Source: Candidatus Lindowbacteria bacterium RIFCSPLOWO2_12_FULL_62_27
GTDB taxonomy: Bacteria; Lindowbacteria; 2-12-FULL-62-27
Direction of reading: 5' to 3'
DNA: 59,683 nt
Assembly (NCBI GenBank): GCA_001784175.1
Contig: MFPR01000024.1
Location: 1-59,683, forward strand
Position 1 is the stretch's first letter. Every line of letters starts with the position of its first letter. The position numbers and the translations under genes were made by a program. This document shows positions 57,243-59,683 of this stretch, in pieces. A model generated the notes under the pieces. The model was not told the origin of the DNA and ran no database searches. It saw only the letters and a program-made list of their open reading frames with translations.

Positions 57243-57732
57243 TGCAGAGCCTCCCGGCAGCCAATTGCAATTCCCAACGGCACGAGGCGGAGGCCTATGG
57301 CATCCCGACAATGCAAAAACTTCAATAACTTAATGCTTGACCCGCAAAAAAAAATGCAAAAAATGCTCATCGCTTCATCTCCACTGCACAATTTTTATTC
57401 AACAATTCATTTATTACCAACGCCTGGCACCAAACTGCCAAACTGCCTGGCACCAAACTGCAAACTGCTGCCAAAATGCTGGCGGGGATGCGCAGACAAC
57501 GATCGCGGCGGTGCAGAGGCGGGTACTGAACGCGTGATTCGGACGGATATGCTCTCCCCTTGCCCTCGCGCCCGCGAAAGCTCTTCATTCCTCACCCCGT
57601 CCTGGAAGATAAATATTATTGTCAATAGTACTAACCTCCACACAGTGCCCAATAACCGTCTTGATGTCAAGTAGATAGGGCCGAATTTCAGATAGATTGT
57701 GTCGTTTGGCCCGCGTTTGGACCGCTGGCTTA

Positions 57733-57761
57733 TTGACAATTGATCCGTTCACATCTACGAT
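57733..57761 (+). promoter_or_regulatory. Sigma70-type promoter for the csp gene, giving a ~170-nt leader
   Basis: TTGACA-17 bp-TACGAT. Confidence 0.7.
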
Positions 57762-57940
57762 GTGCGTACAAGCCTTGACCAGCGTCCATCTGCAGAGTGC
57801 AGTACGCGGTCGAGTGAGGTTCTGGGATTTGCCCGGTAGTTGCGGTATTGGCTTTGCGTTCCTTTGCTTTCGGCCAAGATCAGCGGGTGTAATAACAGTG
57901 TTCCTGACTTGGGCTGAATGAGGAAAAGGAGGTAAAGCGA

Positions 57941-58150
57941 ATGGCACAGGGTAAAGTGAAGTGGTTTGACGCCAAGAAGGGCTACGGCTTTATCGAGCTC
58001 GAAGGTGGCTCCGGAGATTTGTTTGTGCATTTCTCCAGCATCGCCGGCGAGGGATTCAAGAATCTCGACGAAGGCCAGAAGGTCGAGTTCGAGATTGGCG
58101 ATGGCAAGAAAGGCAAGCAGGCATTGAACGTCCAGAAAGTGGCCGTTTAA
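57941..58150 (+). CDS. cspA: Cold-shock protein
   Basis: GKVKWF, KGYGFI and LFVHFS motifs; AGGAGGT RBS. Confidence 0.96.
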   Translation: MAQGKVKWFDAKKGYGFIELEGGSGDLFVHFSSIAGEGFKNLDEGQKVEFEIGDGKKGKQALNVQKVAV

Positions 58151-58183
58151 GTCCGTTTCGGATTTTCAGCAGAGAGAATTCTC

Positions 58184-58217
58184 CAGTCCCGGCGGAATCC
58201 CGCCGGGACTGTTTTTT
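58184..58217 (+). terminator. Intrinsic terminator of the csp gene
   Basis: 12-bp stem CAGTCCCGGCGG/CCGCCGGGACTG followed by T6. Confidence 0.88.
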
Positions 58218-58272
58218 GGGGCTCGGACTGGCTGGCCAGTCAATGCATGGCCATTGAAACTCGAGTGTCCGG

Positions 58273-59682
58273 TTATCTGATAATGGCGAGCTTATCGATC
58301 CGCCGGCCGCCGGCGCCCTCCAGAATGTAGATGTAAACGCCCGACCCGGCCTTCTGCCCGTTCCTGTTCGTGCCGTCCCACTGGAGCGTCGTGTTGCTTC
58401 CGGGCACGCCGGTCTCCCGGAGTTCCTTGATGAGCCGTCCACCCACGTCGTATATCTTCAGCGTCACCTCGCCGGCGGCCTGCAGATTGTATTTGAACGT
58501 CACGTTTCCGGCCGCGTCTGGGCCCGGGTTCGGGTAGACGAAGGACTGCGCCGCATCCAGGGCCGGCGCCAGATACGCGGCCAGGTACTCGGGCAGGCCC
58601 ACAGCTAAGACCAATGAGATTTTAGATTTTAGATTTTCGATTTTAGATTGTAAAACCAATGACGATGACGCGCGTAGATCGATGGGGCCGGACGGGGCGC
58701 CCAGGAGATACGCGCCGTATTCGGACGGCAGGCCGGACGCGTCCCATTTCAATGTGACGGCGCCCGGCGGGCCGCTTACGACTACCGGCCATGTGGTCGC
58801 GGTCTTTACCGGCGCTGCGATGCTCGCGGCGTATGTTTTCGTTGCCGATGGCTCGTTGCCTGCATTCGCCTCGCCCACCGCCACCTGCAGGTCTCCCATC
58901 ATCCCCGGCGCCTTCCACAAATCGTTCATGTCTTCGCCGTCCGCCCCCGCCGGCGCGACGCCCACGTATGTGTACTCGTCGCGGATCTCGCTCACGCCGC
59001 TGTACGCCATCAGGCGGAGGCGCCAGTTGGAAACTGAACCCCCCCCTGCCCCCCCTTCGGAAGGGGGGGTGGTGTAAACCGGGGACTGCTGTTTGACCCG
59101 CGGACCCTGCGGCAGGCGTTTGTTGTGCGGCACGAACACCATCGTGCAGGCCGTGTTCACTTTCACCCACGCCGCCGCCCATGGTTTCAGTTGCGCCGTC
59201 GTGTCGCCGCTTTCGAACGGCGTCACGTACTGCTCCGCAGACTGGTCCCGCCATTGGAGACGCGTGTCGATCGCCGGCGTGCCCGCCGTGAAGGAATCGA
59301 GAGCCAAGAGCGTGTCCGGCGCCGTGTCCAGCGTCACGTACACGTCGTCCAGCCAGTTGATCACGTGCGGGAAAGGATTGCCGATCATGTTCGCGCCTGC
59401 CGCCACATGCAGACGGAACGTATCCGTCAGCGCGTAGTTCGTGCCCGCCAAGCCCACGCCGCCTGCCGCGCTCGACTTGATCCAGTACCCGCGGCCGCTC
59501 TCGAACACGCTGAACTCGCCGCTCGCCGAATTGTTCGGCGACGCCTGACCCGAGATCGATTTGTATTTGCTGATCGCCGGGTCGTACCAGTACGACAACA
59601 GCGCGCCCGATCCCACGAGTTTCGCGATGCCCGTCAGCGACGTCGCCTGCGTGTCCGCCTGCCGCGCCGGAGAAAACATCAC
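58273..59682 (-). CDS. C-terminal part of a paralog of the giant secreted protein (runs off the window)
   Basis: Colinear with 40665-42110, with the same terminal YPNPGPD...DKLAI.R domain. Confidence 0.9.
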   Translation of the reverse strand: MMFSPARQADTQATSLTGIAKLVGSGALLSYWYDPAISKYKSISGQASPNNSASGEFSVFESGRGYWIKSSAAGGVGLAGTNYALTDTFRLHVAAGANMIGNPFPHVINWLDDVYVTLDTAPDTLLALDSFTAGTPAIDTRLQWRDQSAEQYVTPFESGDTTAQLKPWAAAWVKVNTACTMVFVPHNKRLPQGPRVKQQSPVYTTPPSEGGAGGGSVSNWRLRLMAYSGVSEIRDEYTYVGVAPAGADGEDMNDLWKAPGMMGDLQVAVGEANAGNEPSATKTYAASIAAPVKTATTWPVVVSGPPGAVTLKWDASGLPSEYGAYLLGAPSGPIDLRASSSLVLQSKIENLKSKISLVLAVGLPEYLAAYLAPALDAAQSFVYPNPGPDAAGNVTFKYNLQAAGEVTLKIYDVGGRLIKELRETGVPGSNTTLQWDGTNRNGQKAGSGVYIYILEGAGGRRIDKLAIIR

Positions 59683-59683
59683 C

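Larger units (their letters stand above)
55372..57343. mobile_element. RAYT element 2 with cargo, bounded by perfect 26-bp inverted repeats plus an internal copy
   Basis: GGGTCAAGCATTAAGTTATTGAAGTT at 55372-55397, reverse complement at 57318-57343, and a 25-bp direct copy at 56266-56290. Confidence 0.8.

Noticed and set aside
57420-57480. Sigma54 promoters in the TGGCAC repeats
   Set aside because: GG-to-GC spacing is 9 nt, not the required 10, on both strands
40665-59682. Diversity-generating retroelement (paralogous 3' ends as TR/VR)
   Set aside because: No reverse transcriptase in the window, both copies are coding, and the differences are not adenine-specific

Overview
GC-rich bacterial chromosomal segment, probably from an uncultured diderm lineage (taxonomy not verifiable here). 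It holds housekeeping and accessory genes: sodC, a partial type II secretion cluster gspFGIJK, metH, rimO, an enoyl-ACP-reductase-like SDR, lhgO, ppgK and a cold-shock gene. A ~16 kb minus-strand gene run (36030->20246) encodes an MshEN-sigma54 activator, a membrane spermidine-synthase/Fe-S fusion, a Tat-signal AmmeMemoRadiSam set, a REC-EAL protein, a circularly permuted ATP-grasp ligase, an active plus an inactive M14 peptidase, an NHL/CFI-box surface protein and a ubiquitin-like protein with a tail after its GG motif. There is also a ~4900-aa beta-helix/FN3 surface protein and the 3' end of a paralog. The most unusual signals are: (1) two RAYT-type HUH transposases bracketed by perfect 26-35 bp inverted repeats, whose repeat family also lies in frame at the 5' ends of three exported-protein genes; (2) the ATP-grasp/M14/pseudo-M14/Ubl cluster; (3) an apparently extracytoplasmic AmmeMemoRadiSam system; (4) a candidate sigma54-dependent small RNA; (5) remnants the ORF track misses (a DDE transposase, a vapC fragment, a frameshifted transglutaminase 5' end). 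No rRNA, tRNA, CRISPR array or reverse transcriptase was seen. All family calls come from motif recognition by eye, not from database searches.
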